The notes below the pieces were generated by a model. It was not told the origin of the DNA, ran no database searches, and saw only the letters and a program-made list of their open reading frames with translations. Made by a program: the position numbers and the translations under genes. DNA of 64,000 bases from Candidatus Latescibacterota bacterium. Its GTDB lineage: Bacteria; Latescibacterota; UBA2968; GCA-2709665. Below are positions 38,233 through 48,397 of this stretch, piece by piece (the first letter of the stretch is position 1; every line of letters starts with the position of its first letter). The DNA lies in assembly GCA_965248435.1 (NCBI GenBank), contig OZ252100.1:4288001-4352000 (forward strand), given 5' to 3'.

Positions 38233-39360
38233 GTGAATATGAAGATTCGGCGTGTTGCGATTCTACAGCGTCAGATTCCCCATTATCGGATACCCTTTTT
38301 TCGATCACTGGGTGAAGTGAAGGGCGTCGATCTCGTTGTGGTTCATGGCGATGCGGCTCGATTGGGCCAGACTGATCTGCCGTTCAGAACGCATTATTCA
38401 CCTTATTATGATGTATCTGTTCTTGGATTTAACTTCTGGTTCCAGCCTAGAGTCCTGGGTGTGGTAAGCGCCTATCGAAGCGAAACCGTGATCGCTGAAG
38501 GCACATTCGGAATCCTGACCAATCTCCTCGTTGGATTCTATTGTCGTATGAAGGGGGCGAAATTCGTCTGGTGGGTCTGCGGATGGGACCGACCCGGGCT
38601 TACGCCCCTCCAGTGCTGGATGAAAGAGGCCTATGTCAGGGTCGCGCTGAAATCGGCCGACTCCTTTATCACCTACAGCTCGAAAGCTCGTGAATATGTC
38701 GAGCGAATGGGCGCTCGGCGAAGAAGGGTCTACATCGCGTTCAATTCTGTTGATACTCACGAGATTTTTGAGAATCGTGAACTATATGCCCGTGAGGCAA
38801 GAGGGCTCAGATCTTCCTTAAAGCTCGATGGAAAGAAAATCATACTCAGTGTGGGCAGACTCTTGCCTGAGAAGCGTGTAGATATTCTAATTCGAGCCGT
38901 TTGTCGCGTACGTAAAACCCTTTCGGACGTCGCCTTAGTGATCGTCGGAGAGGGGCCTGCCAGGCCTGAGCTGGAAGAACTGGTTAGAACACTTGCGTTG
39001 GAGAACACGACCTTCGTAGGAAAGCAGGTTGATACCGTCAATCAATACTTTGCGATGGCGGACCTGTTTGTTTTGCCAGGAATGGGTGGACTCTCGATCA
39101 ACCAAGCGATGGCCTTCGGAAAGCCGGTTATCTGCTCCGAAGCGGACGGGACCGAGTTGGACCTGGTCGAACAAGGCGTCAATGGTTACATCCTGAAGTC
39201 CGGGGACACCGGGGGTCTCGCTGTTGCTTTGGAGTCGTTGCTCACGAACGAACAACGAACTAAGAAGATGGGTATTGAATCCTATCGGATCGTCAAAGAA
39301 AAAATCAATCTGCGCAACATGGTGGGAAAATTTGTCAGCGCAATCGACGGAAAAGCGTGA
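38233..39360 (+). CDS. Glycosyltransferase family 4
   Basis: PHYR.PFF, SVGRL..EKR and ADLFVLPG.GGLSINQAMAFGKPVI. Confidence 0.92.
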   Translation: MNMKIRRVAILQRQIPHYRIPFFRSLGEVKGVDLVVVHGDAARLGQTDLPFRTHYSPYYDVSVLGFNFWFQPRVLGVVSAYRSETVIAEGTFGILTNLLVGFYCRMKGAKFVWWVCGWDRPGLTPLQCWMKEAYVRVALKSADSFITYSSKAREYVERMGARRRRVYIAFNSVDTHEIFENRELYAREARGLRSSLKLDGKKIILSVGRLLPEKRVDILIRAVCRVRKTLSDVALVIVGEGPARPELEELVRTLALENTTFVGKQVDTVNQYFAMADLFVLPGMGGLSINQAMAFGKPVICSEADGTELDLVEQGVNGYILKSGDTGGLAVALESLLTNEQRTKKMGIESYRIVKEKINLRNMVGKFVSAIDGKA

Positions 39361-40093
39361 TCAGGCGCCTGCGTCCGAGGACCAGGAGCTCTGGAATTCG
39401 ACGAATGAGATGATGCGTGGGAGAATCGCTCCCCACAATGTGCTCCTCAGTCACATGATCGCAAGGTCTCCATTGATGAAGGAGATCGGCACAGTGCTCG
39501 AAATCGGATGCGGCTCCGGGCAGTTCTCCTTTTTCATGCACCGCAGCAAATGCAAAGTGACGCTTATCGATGCATCGAAGGAGGCCATAACGTGTTGCCG
39601 GGCTATGTTCAACGGGCATACTGAGAATGTGCAGTTCGTTCTGGAAGACGTCCTGACCTACAAACCAGAGGAGAGGTTTGATCTCGTCTATTCGGGCGGA
39701 TTGTTGGAACACTACAAAGGGGGCTTCCTGCGGCAGATGTTCGAGGCGCACGTTCGAGCCAGTGCGAAGTATGTCATGGTCGCAGTGCCTGCTGACACAC
39801 CTCGAAACTGGTCCAGAGCAATCCGTAATAGGAACAAAACATCGCGAGAGGGTGCGCTACCAGACTGGACGCCAATGGGCGAAGCACAGCTTCTTGAACT
39901 ATTCCAGGAACTTGGCATCGAAGTCGTTCTCCTATGCCGGATCGATGAAACATATGGGCGAACCGGTGTATTTTCGAAACTGCGGCGGGAGTTGATTCGG
40001 AGGAGATTTCAGATTTGTAGATCGATTGACACAAATTCAGGCGGTTTGGTCGTAGGCATAGGAAGAATCACACCTTCTTCCTCAAAGGAGTGA
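39224..40093 (+). CDS. Class I SAM-dependent methyltransferase (start uncertain, probably near or after 39357)
   Basis: VLEIGCGSG, LIDAS and FDLVYSGGLLEH. Confidence 0.82.
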   Translation: MLWSRCSRTNNELRRWVLNPIGSSKKKSICATWWENLSAQSTEKRDQAPASEDQELWNSTNEMMRGRIAPHNVLLSHMIARSPLMKEIGTVLEIGCGSGQFSFFMHRSKCKVTLIDASKEAITCCRAMFNGHTENVQFVLEDVLTYKPEERFDLVYSGGLLEHYKGGFLRQMFEAHVRASAKYVMVAVPADTPRNWSRAIRNRNKTSREGALPDWTPMGEAQLLELFQELGIEVVLLCRIDETYGRTGVFSKLRRELIRRRFQICRSIDTNSGGLVVGIGRITPSSSKE

Positions 40094-40156
40094 CCTCCAG
40101 AAAGTCTCTTCTTCACTCAGCTTTCAGGAAAGGTAGGCGGATAGAGCCTTTTTATC

Positions 40157-41218
40157 ATGCAGGTACAGCAAGCCAGGAGAGACGCGAACATTTCTGATTT
40201 CAACGAGTATAAGAGGTTGGCTTCTTGTGGTGAGGGTCTGGAAGTTTATGTACTTGATGACGGATCATACAGGAGAGTTCGTATAAAAGGGCGCCACGTC
40301 CTTCCTTCAGGAACGTTCGAGCTTTGCGATCGAAGTGATTTCGAGACGATGTTGTCCGTGAGTACTTTGGAGAAAATCGCTTTGAAGAAAGGTCGGTACT
40401 TCAGGGATGAGGTAGCTAGAAGTGAAGATCCTGGGTATATGAAGGGTGTTCAGCAGGTTATAGAGGAATTTAGCATACCGGTCAGTAATGCGAGAATCTT
40501 GGACTTTGGCTGTGGGGCAGGTGCGTTCGCACTGAACCTTTTGCGACAAGGCGCGAGCGACATCATCGCAGTAGACGTAGACGCGGAGCTTCTGGATATC
40601 GCGGTCTCAAGGTTGAACGATTTCCGTCTTTCAGGTTGCGAGTTCAAGAGTATCGACTTCGTTGACAAAACTACCGGGTTGCCCTTTCATGATGGTGAAT
40701 TTGACATCGTGTGGCCCCACGCCGTGTTGGAGCACGTGTTTCCACGCCAAAGGAAGTTTGTGCTGAGGGAATTGTGGCGGGTGCTGAAGAAGGGAGGGCT
40801 TCTCATTGTGGACGCTACTCCAAACAGACTCTGGATCAAGGAGTATCACACTTCAAGGTTGTTCTTCGTGAACTACCTTCCATTAAGCCTCGCCGCGGGT
40901 CTCGCTCGTCGTTTTTCGGAAAGAGTGGACTCGAATGAGCCAGGAGCATCTTTGCTCGCAAGGGGCTTTCGCGGGTCGACGTATTGGGAAATTGCGAGGG
41001 CGATCCCCGGATCAACCTGCTTGAATAACCTTGTTCGAAAGAGGGAGCTGAGTATCTGGATGGAGAGCTGGAGAAAAGAGGGCGACTCTCGCATAAAGCG
41101 TGGCATCAAGGAAGCATACAATATATTCATGGGTGCTCTTGATCCGGTGCTTGGCTTGCTAAAGATTCCCCAATCCGTCTTGCTTCCAGCACTCATACTG
41201 GTCTTTCGAAAGCCGTAG
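40157..41218 (+). CDS. Class I SAM-dependent methyltransferase
   Basis: ILDFGCGAG, LPF..GEFDIV...VLEHV and RVLKKGG. Confidence 0.88.
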   Translation: MQVQQARRDANISDFNEYKRLASCGEGLEVYVLDDGSYRRVRIKGRHVLPSGTFELCDRSDFETMLSVSTLEKIALKKGRYFRDEVARSEDPGYMKGVQQVIEEFSIPVSNARILDFGCGAGAFALNLLRQGASDIIAVDVDAELLDIAVSRLNDFRLSGCEFKSIDFVDKTTGLPFHDGEFDIVWPHAVLEHVFPRQRKFVLRELWRVLKKGGLLIVDATPNRLWIKEYHTSRLFFVNYLPLSLAAGLARRFSERVDSNEPGASLLARGFRGSTYWEIARAIPGSTCLNNLVRKRELSIWMESWRKEGDSRIKRGIKEAYNIFMGALDPVLGLLKIPQSVLLPALILVFRKP

Positions 41219-41279
41219 ACTTGCGACAAGGTAGGATTTCTGGGCACAGCCGCCCGAAAAGAATCGGTGGGACCATTTT

Positions 41280-42209
41280 TTGCAAGCGTCAATCGATCAG
41301 GTGAGGCGTTTCTGGGATGAAAATCCCTGCGGAAGCAACCTTTCCACGGAGGAAAACCGGAAACGCTATTTTATCGAAGTCGAATCCACTCGATATCAAA
41401 CTGAACGACACATTCCAGAGGTCGCAAGGTTTCAGGAGTTCCACGACAGGGACATCCTTGAAATCGGATGCGGAATCGCTACCGACGGCTTGCAGTTCGC
41501 GAAACACGGCGCCCGCTATACCGGCATTGATTTGTCTCCCGCTTCTGTTGCGATCGCAACGGAAAGATTCGGTTTGTACCAACTCGAGGGGAGACTCGAG
41601 GTCGCCAATGCCGAGAAGTTGGCGTTTCCCGACGAGAGTTTTGACCATGTCTACAGCTTTGGCGTGATCCACCACTCGCCCGACACGCAGGCGATTGTTC
41701 GTGAAATCTACAGAGTCCTCAGGGCAGGTGGATCATTCTGCATTATGGTCTACAATCGTTCTTCAATCAACTACCATGTTGAAATCATGGCCTTGCGGAG
41801 GCTGTTTCGACTCCTCCTTCGTCCAGGTTTTATGACACGGCTGATCTCCAGGCTTACGGGTTTGGACCGATCCAAGCTGGAAGGCCATCGTCAGATTATG
41901 GCGGAGAGGCCGAGACTGGAAAAACAGGAATGGCTCAACATGAACACGGACGGGCCCTGGTGTCCGTTGGCAAAAGTCTACAATGCCAGAGAGGGCCTGG
42001 AGCTTTTTGAGGGATTTGATGACGTAAAGACTGAGGTCTGGCATTTCGACCGGTCCCATTGGCCGTTCATCGGAAGGTTGATTCCGGATCGGCTCCACCA
42101 CCGGCTCGGTCGGACGTGGGGGTGGCACAGGACAATTACGGGGAGAAAACCGGTGAATCGGCCAACAGTCGAGAGTGGTGAGTCCAGAGCAAAAGCAGTT
42201 TCAAGCTGA
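41280..42209 (+). CDS. Class I SAM-dependent methyltransferase
   Basis: FWDENPCG, LEIGCG and FDHVYSFGVIHHSP. Confidence 0.9.
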   Translation: MQASIDQVRRFWDENPCGSNLSTEENRKRYFIEVESTRYQTERHIPEVARFQEFHDRDILEIGCGIATDGLQFAKHGARYTGIDLSPASVAIATERFGLYQLEGRLEVANAEKLAFPDESFDHVYSFGVIHHSPDTQAIVREIYRVLRAGGSFCIMVYNRSSINYHVEIMALRRLFRLLLRPGFMTRLISRLTGLDRSKLEGHRQIMAERPRLEKQEWLNMNTDGPWCPLAKVYNAREGLELFEGFDDVKTEVWHFDRSHWPFIGRLIPDRLHHRLGRTWGWHRTITGRKPVNRPTVESGESRAKAVSS

Positions 42210-42284
42210 AACAAAGCGTTATGGACCCCGCAATTTTGATGTCAACAAGAAACTAGAAATCTCAAAACTAGAAACTGGTTCTAA

Positions 42285-44201
42285 ATGTGTGGGTTCTGCG
42301 GAGTCTGGCCGACAAGCAGCAAAGGATTGATCGAAAGGATGCTTGCGCCGATTCCGCATCGGGGTCCCGATGACAGCGGGAGCTTCCACGATCCGGAGAT
42401 CGGCTTGGGCCTGGGCCATCGACGTTTGAGTATTATCGATCTTTCAGTGGCGGGCCGCCAGCCGATGTCGAACGACGATCAGACGATCCGGATCGTCTAT
42501 AACGGGGAGGTCTACAATTTCGGAGAGCTCAGAAAAGAGCTGGAGGGCAAGGGATATCGGTTTCGATCGCAGACCGATACAGAGGTCGTCCTGCGTGCAT
42601 ATGAGGCGTGGGGCCCGAGTTGCCTGCGACGATTCAACGGGATCTTCGCGTTTGCCATATGGGATTCGCGAGAACATCAATTGTTCCTGGCGAGGGATCG
42701 GTTTGGCGTAAAACCACTGTATTATCTGCTTCAGGGAAAACGGTTCCTGTTTGCATCGGAGATCAAGTCGCTCCTGCAATGCCAGGATGTTCAGGCTGAG
42801 ATAGACCTGGAGGCCTTGAATGCCTATCTGACTTTCCGATACGTCCCCGGATCCCGAACTCTTTTTACGGGGATTCGGTCGCTCCCCCCTGCGTCCTACG
42901 CCCTCTTCTCTGACGGCCGATTGGAGATCAACACGTACTGGCGTTTGAAGTTCGAGCCGTGCTCGATGACGATGGAGGACCGGGTCGATCAGACGCGCGA
43001 GTGTCTGAAGAATTCAGTAAGGAGGCAGCTGGTCAGCGACGTTTCGCTGGGCGTCTTCCTGAGCGGAGGCCTGGATTCGAGTGCCATTCTGGCCATGATG
43101 GCGGAAGTTGTGAGCGAGCCGATCAAGACCTATACCATCGGGTTCAAGAAGGAAGATGAGGCCCTGGAGGGCCAGAACAAAGACCTCGAGTACGCTAGGA
43201 AAATTGCCGGAGTCTTTGGTGTGGATGCGCGCGAGAGGGTTCTCGAGCCTGACGTCGTTGGACTGCTGCCAGGGGTCGTCAGACACCTCGAAGAGCCCGT
43301 GGGCGATCCAGCAGCAATTACGAGCTATCTGATCTCCGAGGCGGCTCGTGGAGATGTAAAGGTCCTGCTTAGCGGACAGGGAGGAGACGAGGTGTTGGGT
43401 GGATATCCCTGGCACCTCGCCGGGAAGATCGCCTCCGATTATGACAGGCTACCGGGAACTTTCAGGACGTGGAGCGAGAGGTTCCTGACCCAGCTTCCCA
43501 TGGTGAAATCCAGATATGCGGCTCGAACCATCCGGAGAATGTGGAAATTCCTGGAGAATGCGCCTTTGCCTTCACGCGAGCGCTACATCGGATTCTGTTC
43601 CTACATCAGTGGTGATGATCGGCAGGCGATCTACTCGAATGAGATCAGGGGCGAGATGGCCGGGTATGACCCGTGGGCGATTCACATGTCCCACTTCGAT
43701 GCCTGTGAGGGCTATTCCTTTACCGATCAGATGCTTTACGTTGATCTGATGACATTCCTGCCCTATCTTAATCTGACCTACACGGACAAGACTAGCATGG
43801 CACACTCGATCGAGGCCAGGGTCCCTTTTCTAGACAACGAGTTTGTTGATTTCATGTCCGGGGTCCCGGGAAGTCTTAAGATCAAGGGACTCACCCAGAA
43901 GTACATTTTGAAGAAGGCCATGGAGGGCATCTTGCCGAAGGCCGCCATCTATCGCAAAAAGGCGGGGTTCGGCGCACCGATTCGCTCCTGGCTCGTGAAA
44001 GACCTGGCCGAAATGGTGAACGATCTATTGTCAGAGAACACAATCAGAGCGAGGGGGCTGTTTGATCACCAGACGGTCCGACGCATCGTCGAAGAGAACC
44101 GGTCCGGGTCGGCTGACCACAACTATCTGATATACAGCCTCCTGACCCTGGAGATCTGGTGTCAGACCTTTCTTGACGCGCCACGCGTCGTGGGTTCTTG
44201 A
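42285..44201 (+). CDS. asnB: Asparagine synthase-like amidotransferase (glutamine-hydrolysing; probably a sugar amidotransferase)
   Basis: N-terminal Cys (MCG), HRGPD, HRRLSIIDL, LSGGLDSS, SGQGGDE and EARVPFLD. Confidence 0.93.
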   Translation: MCGFCGVWPTSSKGLIERMLAPIPHRGPDDSGSFHDPEIGLGLGHRRLSIIDLSVAGRQPMSNDDQTIRIVYNGEVYNFGELRKELEGKGYRFRSQTDTEVVLRAYEAWGPSCLRRFNGIFAFAIWDSREHQLFLARDRFGVKPLYYLLQGKRFLFASEIKSLLQCQDVQAEIDLEALNAYLTFRYVPGSRTLFTGIRSLPPASYALFSDGRLEINTYWRLKFEPCSMTMEDRVDQTRECLKNSVRRQLVSDVSLGVFLSGGLDSSAILAMMAEVVSEPIKTYTIGFKKEDEALEGQNKDLEYARKIAGVFGVDARERVLEPDVVGLLPGVVRHLEEPVGDPAAITSYLISEAARGDVKVLLSGQGGDEVLGGYPWHLAGKIASDYDRLPGTFRTWSERFLTQLPMVKSRYAARTIRRMWKFLENAPLPSRERYIGFCSYISGDDRQAIYSNEIRGEMAGYDPWAIHMSHFDACEGYSFTDQMLYVDLMTFLPYLNLTYTDKTSMAHSIEARVPFLDNEFVDFMSGVPGSLKIKGLTQKYILKKAMEGILPKAAIYRKKAGFGAPIRSWLVKDLAEMVNDLLSENTIRARGLFDHQTVRRIVEENRSGSADHNYLIYSLLTLEIWCQTFLDAPRVVGS

Positions 44202-44205
44202 GGGC

Positions 44206-46386
44206 TTGAGACAGGTCCTTCAAAACTACCGGACAGGCGACCTCTTTATCGAGGAGCTCCCCCCTCCCGTGCTGCGTCCGGGTGGCGTGCTCGTTCGTAC
44301 CGCCTGTTCCCTGATCAGCTCCGGTACTGAGAGACAGAAGGTGAACCTGGCACAGCAATCTCTGTTGGGAAAGGCCAGGGAACGGCCCGATCAGGTGATG
44401 AAGGTCCTGAGCAGCTTCAAGCAGGAGGGGTTTCTCAACACGCTGAAAAAGGTGCGGGACCGCCTGGACCAACCGATGCCTCTGGGCTACAGCTGCGCAG
44501 GAGAGGTGATGGAAGTCGCGGATGGCGTGGACGAGTTTCAAACAGGCGATCACGTTGCTTGCGGCGGTGAAGGTTACGCCAACCACGCAGAAATCAATTA
44601 CCTGCCGAAGAACCTGTGTGTGAAGGTGCCCGACGGCCTGCCGTATGAATCTTCAGCCTATGCGACCGTTGGCGCGATTGCCCTTCAGGCGGTCAGGCAG
44701 GCCGGTCTGGGCGTGGGGGAACGCGCGGCCGTGATCGGAATGGGTCTGGTCGGCAATCTGATCGCGCAGCTCCTGAAGACGGCAGGCTGTTCCGTGGTGG
44801 GTGTAGACGTGGATGACTTCCGGATTCGGATGGCGGAGCGGGTCGGGGCCGACATTTCGCTGAACGGTCTTTCGGGGGATCTCGAGAATCGGATCGAGGC
44901 GTTCTCGGACGGTCTTGGAGTGGATGCAGTGATCATTTCCGCAGCCACAAAGAGCAACGATCCGATTGTCCTCGCCGGCGAGATTTCTCGGGACCGCGGC
45001 ACCGTGGTCATCGTGGGGCAGGTGAAGATGGACATCCCCTGGAAGCTGTATTACGAGAAGGAGCTCTCGGTCAAATTGTCCCGATCATACGGGCCCGGCA
45101 GGTATGACAGCACCTACGAAGAGAAGGGCATCGATTATAACGTCGGCTACGTGCGCTGGACCGAGAAACGGAACATGGAAGAATTCCTCCGTCTCGTTGA
45201 CAGCGGTCGGGTAGACCTGGAGACGATTACGACGAACCGGATTCCCATCGAAAGGGCGCCGGAGGCCTACCGCCTGATCCTGGAAGGTAAAGTGCCGCAC
45301 CTGGGGGTGCTCCTGGAGTACCCGGGAGATGCCAGGGCCCCTTCCTTCAAGATCCCGTTGAAGCGGTCCACGAGACCCGCTGGGAGCGGCGGGAAGATTC
45401 GGATAGGTTTTATCGGTGCGGGGAAGTTCGCGCAGACGACGTTATTGCCCAATTTACGAAAGAATCGGCACGTCATCCTGAAGAGCATCGCTTCGGCGGG
45501 CGGCGCTTCGGCCCAGCACCTGGGGACGAAATTCGGGTTTGAAGACTGCCGGAGCGACTATCGGAATATCCTGAGCGATCCCGAGATCGATGTAGTGGTG
45601 ATCGCGACCCGCCACGACCAGCACGCGACGATTGCGTGCGAGGCGCTGAAAGAAGAGAAGCACGTTTTCGTGGAGAAACCTCTGGCTCTGACTGAACAGG
45701 ATTTGAAGAAGGTCGCGGACGCGTGGGCGTCTTCCCCCGCCGGATTGACCGTGGGCTTCAACCGTCGGTTCTCCGCGCTTTCCGAGGACGCTCACAAACT
45801 GTTCGAGAGGCGCGATCATCCGATCGAGATCGTCTATCGAGTCAACTCCGGCATGCAGGAATCGGATTCGTGGTATCGAGACATTGAAGTGGGGGGAGGC
45901 GGCATTCTGGGCGAAGCGTGCCATTTTATTGATTTCCTCAGGTATGTCACCGGCTCCAGGATTACCCGGGTGTTTGGCTCTTCGGTCTGCGATGGAAGCG
46001 GAAAGGTGGACCGGGAAAACTTCACCGCCAGCCTTGCCTTCGAGGATCGTTCGATAGGGACTATACATTATTACAGCAACGGCGATCCTTCCTACGAGAA
46101 GGAAAGGGTCGAGATCTTCGGCGGAGACAAGACCGTGGTGATTCGGAACTTCAGAAGACTCGTCGTCTCCGAGGGGGGAAGGATCAGAAAGTCCACGAAA
46201 TTCCTGGGTGACAAAGGACATAAGGCAGAGTTGGACCGTTTTGTAGACGCGATCAGACTTGACATGGAGATGCCGATTCCATTCAGCGAAATCGTGGAGA
46301 CGTCATTGGCCACACTGAAGATTCTGGATTCTGTCGCAGAAGGCCGTGCCCTGGGAGTGGAAGTTGTTCAATTGGACGCAAGCTAG
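44206..46386 (+). CDS. Bi-domain oxidoreductase (Zn-ADH-like plus Gfo/Idh/MocA)
   Basis: SLISSGTE, PLGYS, SRSYGPGRYD, IGAGKF, HVFVEKP and GFNRRF. TTG start at 44206. Confidence 0.9.
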   Translation: MRQVLQNYRTGDLFIEELPPPVLRPGGVLVRTACSLISSGTERQKVNLAQQSLLGKARERPDQVMKVLSSFKQEGFLNTLKKVRDRLDQPMPLGYSCAGEVMEVADGVDEFQTGDHVACGGEGYANHAEINYLPKNLCVKVPDGLPYESSAYATVGAIALQAVRQAGLGVGERAAVIGMGLVGNLIAQLLKTAGCSVVGVDVDDFRIRMAERVGADISLNGLSGDLENRIEAFSDGLGVDAVIISAATKSNDPIVLAGEISRDRGTVVIVGQVKMDIPWKLYYEKELSVKLSRSYGPGRYDSTYEEKGIDYNVGYVRWTEKRNMEEFLRLVDSGRVDLETITTNRIPIERAPEAYRLILEGKVPHLGVLLEYPGDARAPSFKIPLKRSTRPAGSGGKIRIGFIGAGKFAQTTLLPNLRKNRHVILKSIASAGGASAQHLGTKFGFEDCRSDYRNILSDPEIDVVVIATRHDQHATIACEALKEEKHVFVEKPLALTEQDLKKVADAWASSPAGLTVGFNRRFSALSEDAHKLFERRDHPIEIVYRVNSGMQESDSWYRDIEVGGGGILGEACHFIDFLRYVTGSRITRVFGSSVCDGSGKVDRENFTASLAFEDRSIGTIHYYSNGDPSYEKERVEIFGGDKTVVIRNFRRLVVSEGGRIRKSTKFLGDKGHKAELDRFVDAIRLDMEMPIPFSEIVETSLATLKILDSVAEGRALGVEVVQLDAS

Positions 46387-48397
46387 GGCCGTGGCCTGGC
46401 TGGATAGGAGTGTTTTCACCGCTCGCCGCCTGTCTCTGATAACGCTTGAAGAAGCCATCTACCGCGGCTACCTTCTGGTCTGGGCCACGTGGCAAAGGTT
46501 GTTGTTTTGTCTTCGTTCCAAGCGCCCCCCTTCGGCTCCCTCTCCCTTACCTGAATCATCAACCTCCAGGTGCTTTATCTTCGATCCTTCTGAACGGGAA
46601 GCCATACGGGGCGCCTACGTCCGTCTTTTCCCGCACGGAATAGATCGGCTCGCCGAGGAGGCGGAAGCGGTTCTTGCACACAGGCATTCGATATTCGAAA
46701 GGGATGTCGATCTGGGGGATCGGATCGACTGGCATCTTGACGTGAAGTCCGGTCATGCCTGGCCGATGAAGTTCTATGCCGACCTCGATCACAAAGATAA
46801 CCGCATCGGCGCTGTAAAATATGTTTGGGAGTTGAACCGACACGCCCATTTCTACGTCCTCGGAAGGGCCTATTTTCTAACCGGAGATGAGCGCTACGCA
46901 AGGGAGATCTGCAACCAGATCGAGGACTGGATAGAACAGAATCCCTATCCCGTCGGGATCAACTGGGTGAGCCCACTGGAGATGGCGATTCGGATGATTG
47001 CGTGGTTCTGGGTACTCCACTTTGTCGAGGGATCGTCTTCGATGACGAGAGCGCTTCGCCGGAAAACGATGGAATCAATCTGGCTCCAGGCGAATTTCAT
47101 CGAGCACAACCTGTCCCTGTTCTCCTCTGCGAACAACCATTTGATCGGTGAGGCCGCTGGGCTGGCGTTTGCCGGACAACTCACCCGATTTCCGGAATCG
47201 GAGGGCTGGAAGCGGCGGGGCCTGAGCATCATCTGCCGGGAGGTTGAACGGCAAGTTCACGAGGACGGGGTGCCGGCGGAGCAGAGCAGTCACTATGCCA
47301 CGTTTGTACTGGATTTCTATCTCCTTGTCGTTATTCTGTTTATGAGGGCCGGACAGCAGTTGCCTCGGAAGGTCCTCGATTCCATGGGGAAAATGTGTGA
47401 CTTTCTCCAGGCCATCAGAGATTCGGGGGGACGACTGCCAATGATCGGTGACTCTGATGATGCTGTGTTGGCAGAGCTTGGGCAGGACAGAGCAGAAGCG
47501 TGTGAAAGCCTCATGACGGCGGCATCTGTCGTTTTGGAAAGACCGAAACTGAAGAATCCGGATCGTGCGTTTGATGAAAAGTCATTCTGGCTGCTAGGAA
47601 AGGCCGGTTACGAAAAATACAGAAAGTTTTTGGGCAAAGGAGCAGATTCGGAGCTGAGCGTATTTCCCCGGGGGGGCTACGTAATCCATCGCTATGGCAG
47701 GGAAGAAACCAATTCTCTTATGGTTTTTGACTGCGGCCCGCTGGGATACCTTTCTACGGCCGCCCACGGACACGCGGATGCATTGAGCTTTACCCTGAAC
47801 GTCGGCGGACGGGAATTCCTGATCGATCCCGGGACTTACGCGTATCACGAAGATTCCACCTGGAGAAGCTACTTCAGGAGTACGGCGGCGCACAATACGG
47901 TCCGGATAGACGAAATGGACCAGTCTCAAATGGCCGGACCGTTTATGTGGCACAGGAAGGCGAGGGCCTCGCTCATTCGACGCGGTCGAACCATCGTGAG
48001 AGGCCGTCACGATGGCTATTCCTTTCTGTCCGATGGGGTGATGCACACGAGAGAGGTCTATTGGGTGAAAGAGGAGTACGCCTACAGGATCGTTGACGAA
48101 ATCGAGTGCAAGAAGAAGCATCTCGTCGAGATCTTTTTTCATTTTTCAGAGGATTGTTTGGTTCAAGGGCTAGAGGATTCGGTATGCAAGGTGAAGAACG
48201 GGAGCACGCTTAATGTTCACCTGGATCCAAAAGTAGAGTGGGAAATCGTTGTCGGGAGCGAAGCGCCCATTCTTGGATGGATATCCAGGTCTTACGGAAG
48301 AAAGGTGCCCACGCATACACTGAGAGGCTGGGGTATTTTCGACCAGCGCGTGGTGCTAAAGACGACGCTGTCTGTTGAAGCGCCGGAGAACCAATGA
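46346..48397 (+). CDS. Heparinase II/III-family (alginate lyase-like) protein
   Basis: VWELNR, NNHL, EQSSHY, HGHADAL, IDPGTY.Y, FRSTAAHNT and HDGY. Confidence 0.9.
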   Translation: MPWEWKLFNWTQARAVAWLDRSVFTARRLSLITLEEAIYRGYLLVWATWQRLLFCLRSKRPPSAPSPLPESSTSRCFIFDPSEREAIRGAYVRLFPHGIDRLAEEAEAVLAHRHSIFERDVDLGDRIDWHLDVKSGHAWPMKFYADLDHKDNRIGAVKYVWELNRHAHFYVLGRAYFLTGDERYAREICNQIEDWIEQNPYPVGINWVSPLEMAIRMIAWFWVLHFVEGSSSMTRALRRKTMESIWLQANFIEHNLSLFSSANNHLIGEAAGLAFAGQLTRFPESEGWKRRGLSIICREVERQVHEDGVPAEQSSHYATFVLDFYLLVVILFMRAGQQLPRKVLDSMGKMCDFLQAIRDSGGRLPMIGDSDDAVLAELGQDRAEACESLMTAASVVLERPKLKNPDRAFDEKSFWLLGKAGYEKYRKFLGKGADSELSVFPRGGYVIHRYGREETNSLMVFDCGPLGYLSTAAHGHADALSFTLNVGGREFLIDPGTYAYHEDSTWRSYFRSTAAHNTVRIDEMDQSQMAGPFMWHRKARASLIRRGRTIVRGRHDGYSFLSDGVMHTREVYWVKEEYAYRIVDEIECKKKHLVEIFFHFSEDCLVQGLEDSVCKVKNGSTLNVHLDPKVEWEIVVGSEAPILGWISRSYGRKVPTHTLRGWGIFDQRVVLKTTLSVEAPENQ

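Noticed and set aside
42250-42275. Short direct repeat AAACTAGAAA, twice, before asnB
   Set aside because: Only two copies with no spacers or cas genes, so it is not a CRISPR array and no function can be supported.
45454-46221. 255-aa minus-strand ORF (also 59847-60563 on +)
   Set aside because: These are antisense shadows of genes with strong family motifs.
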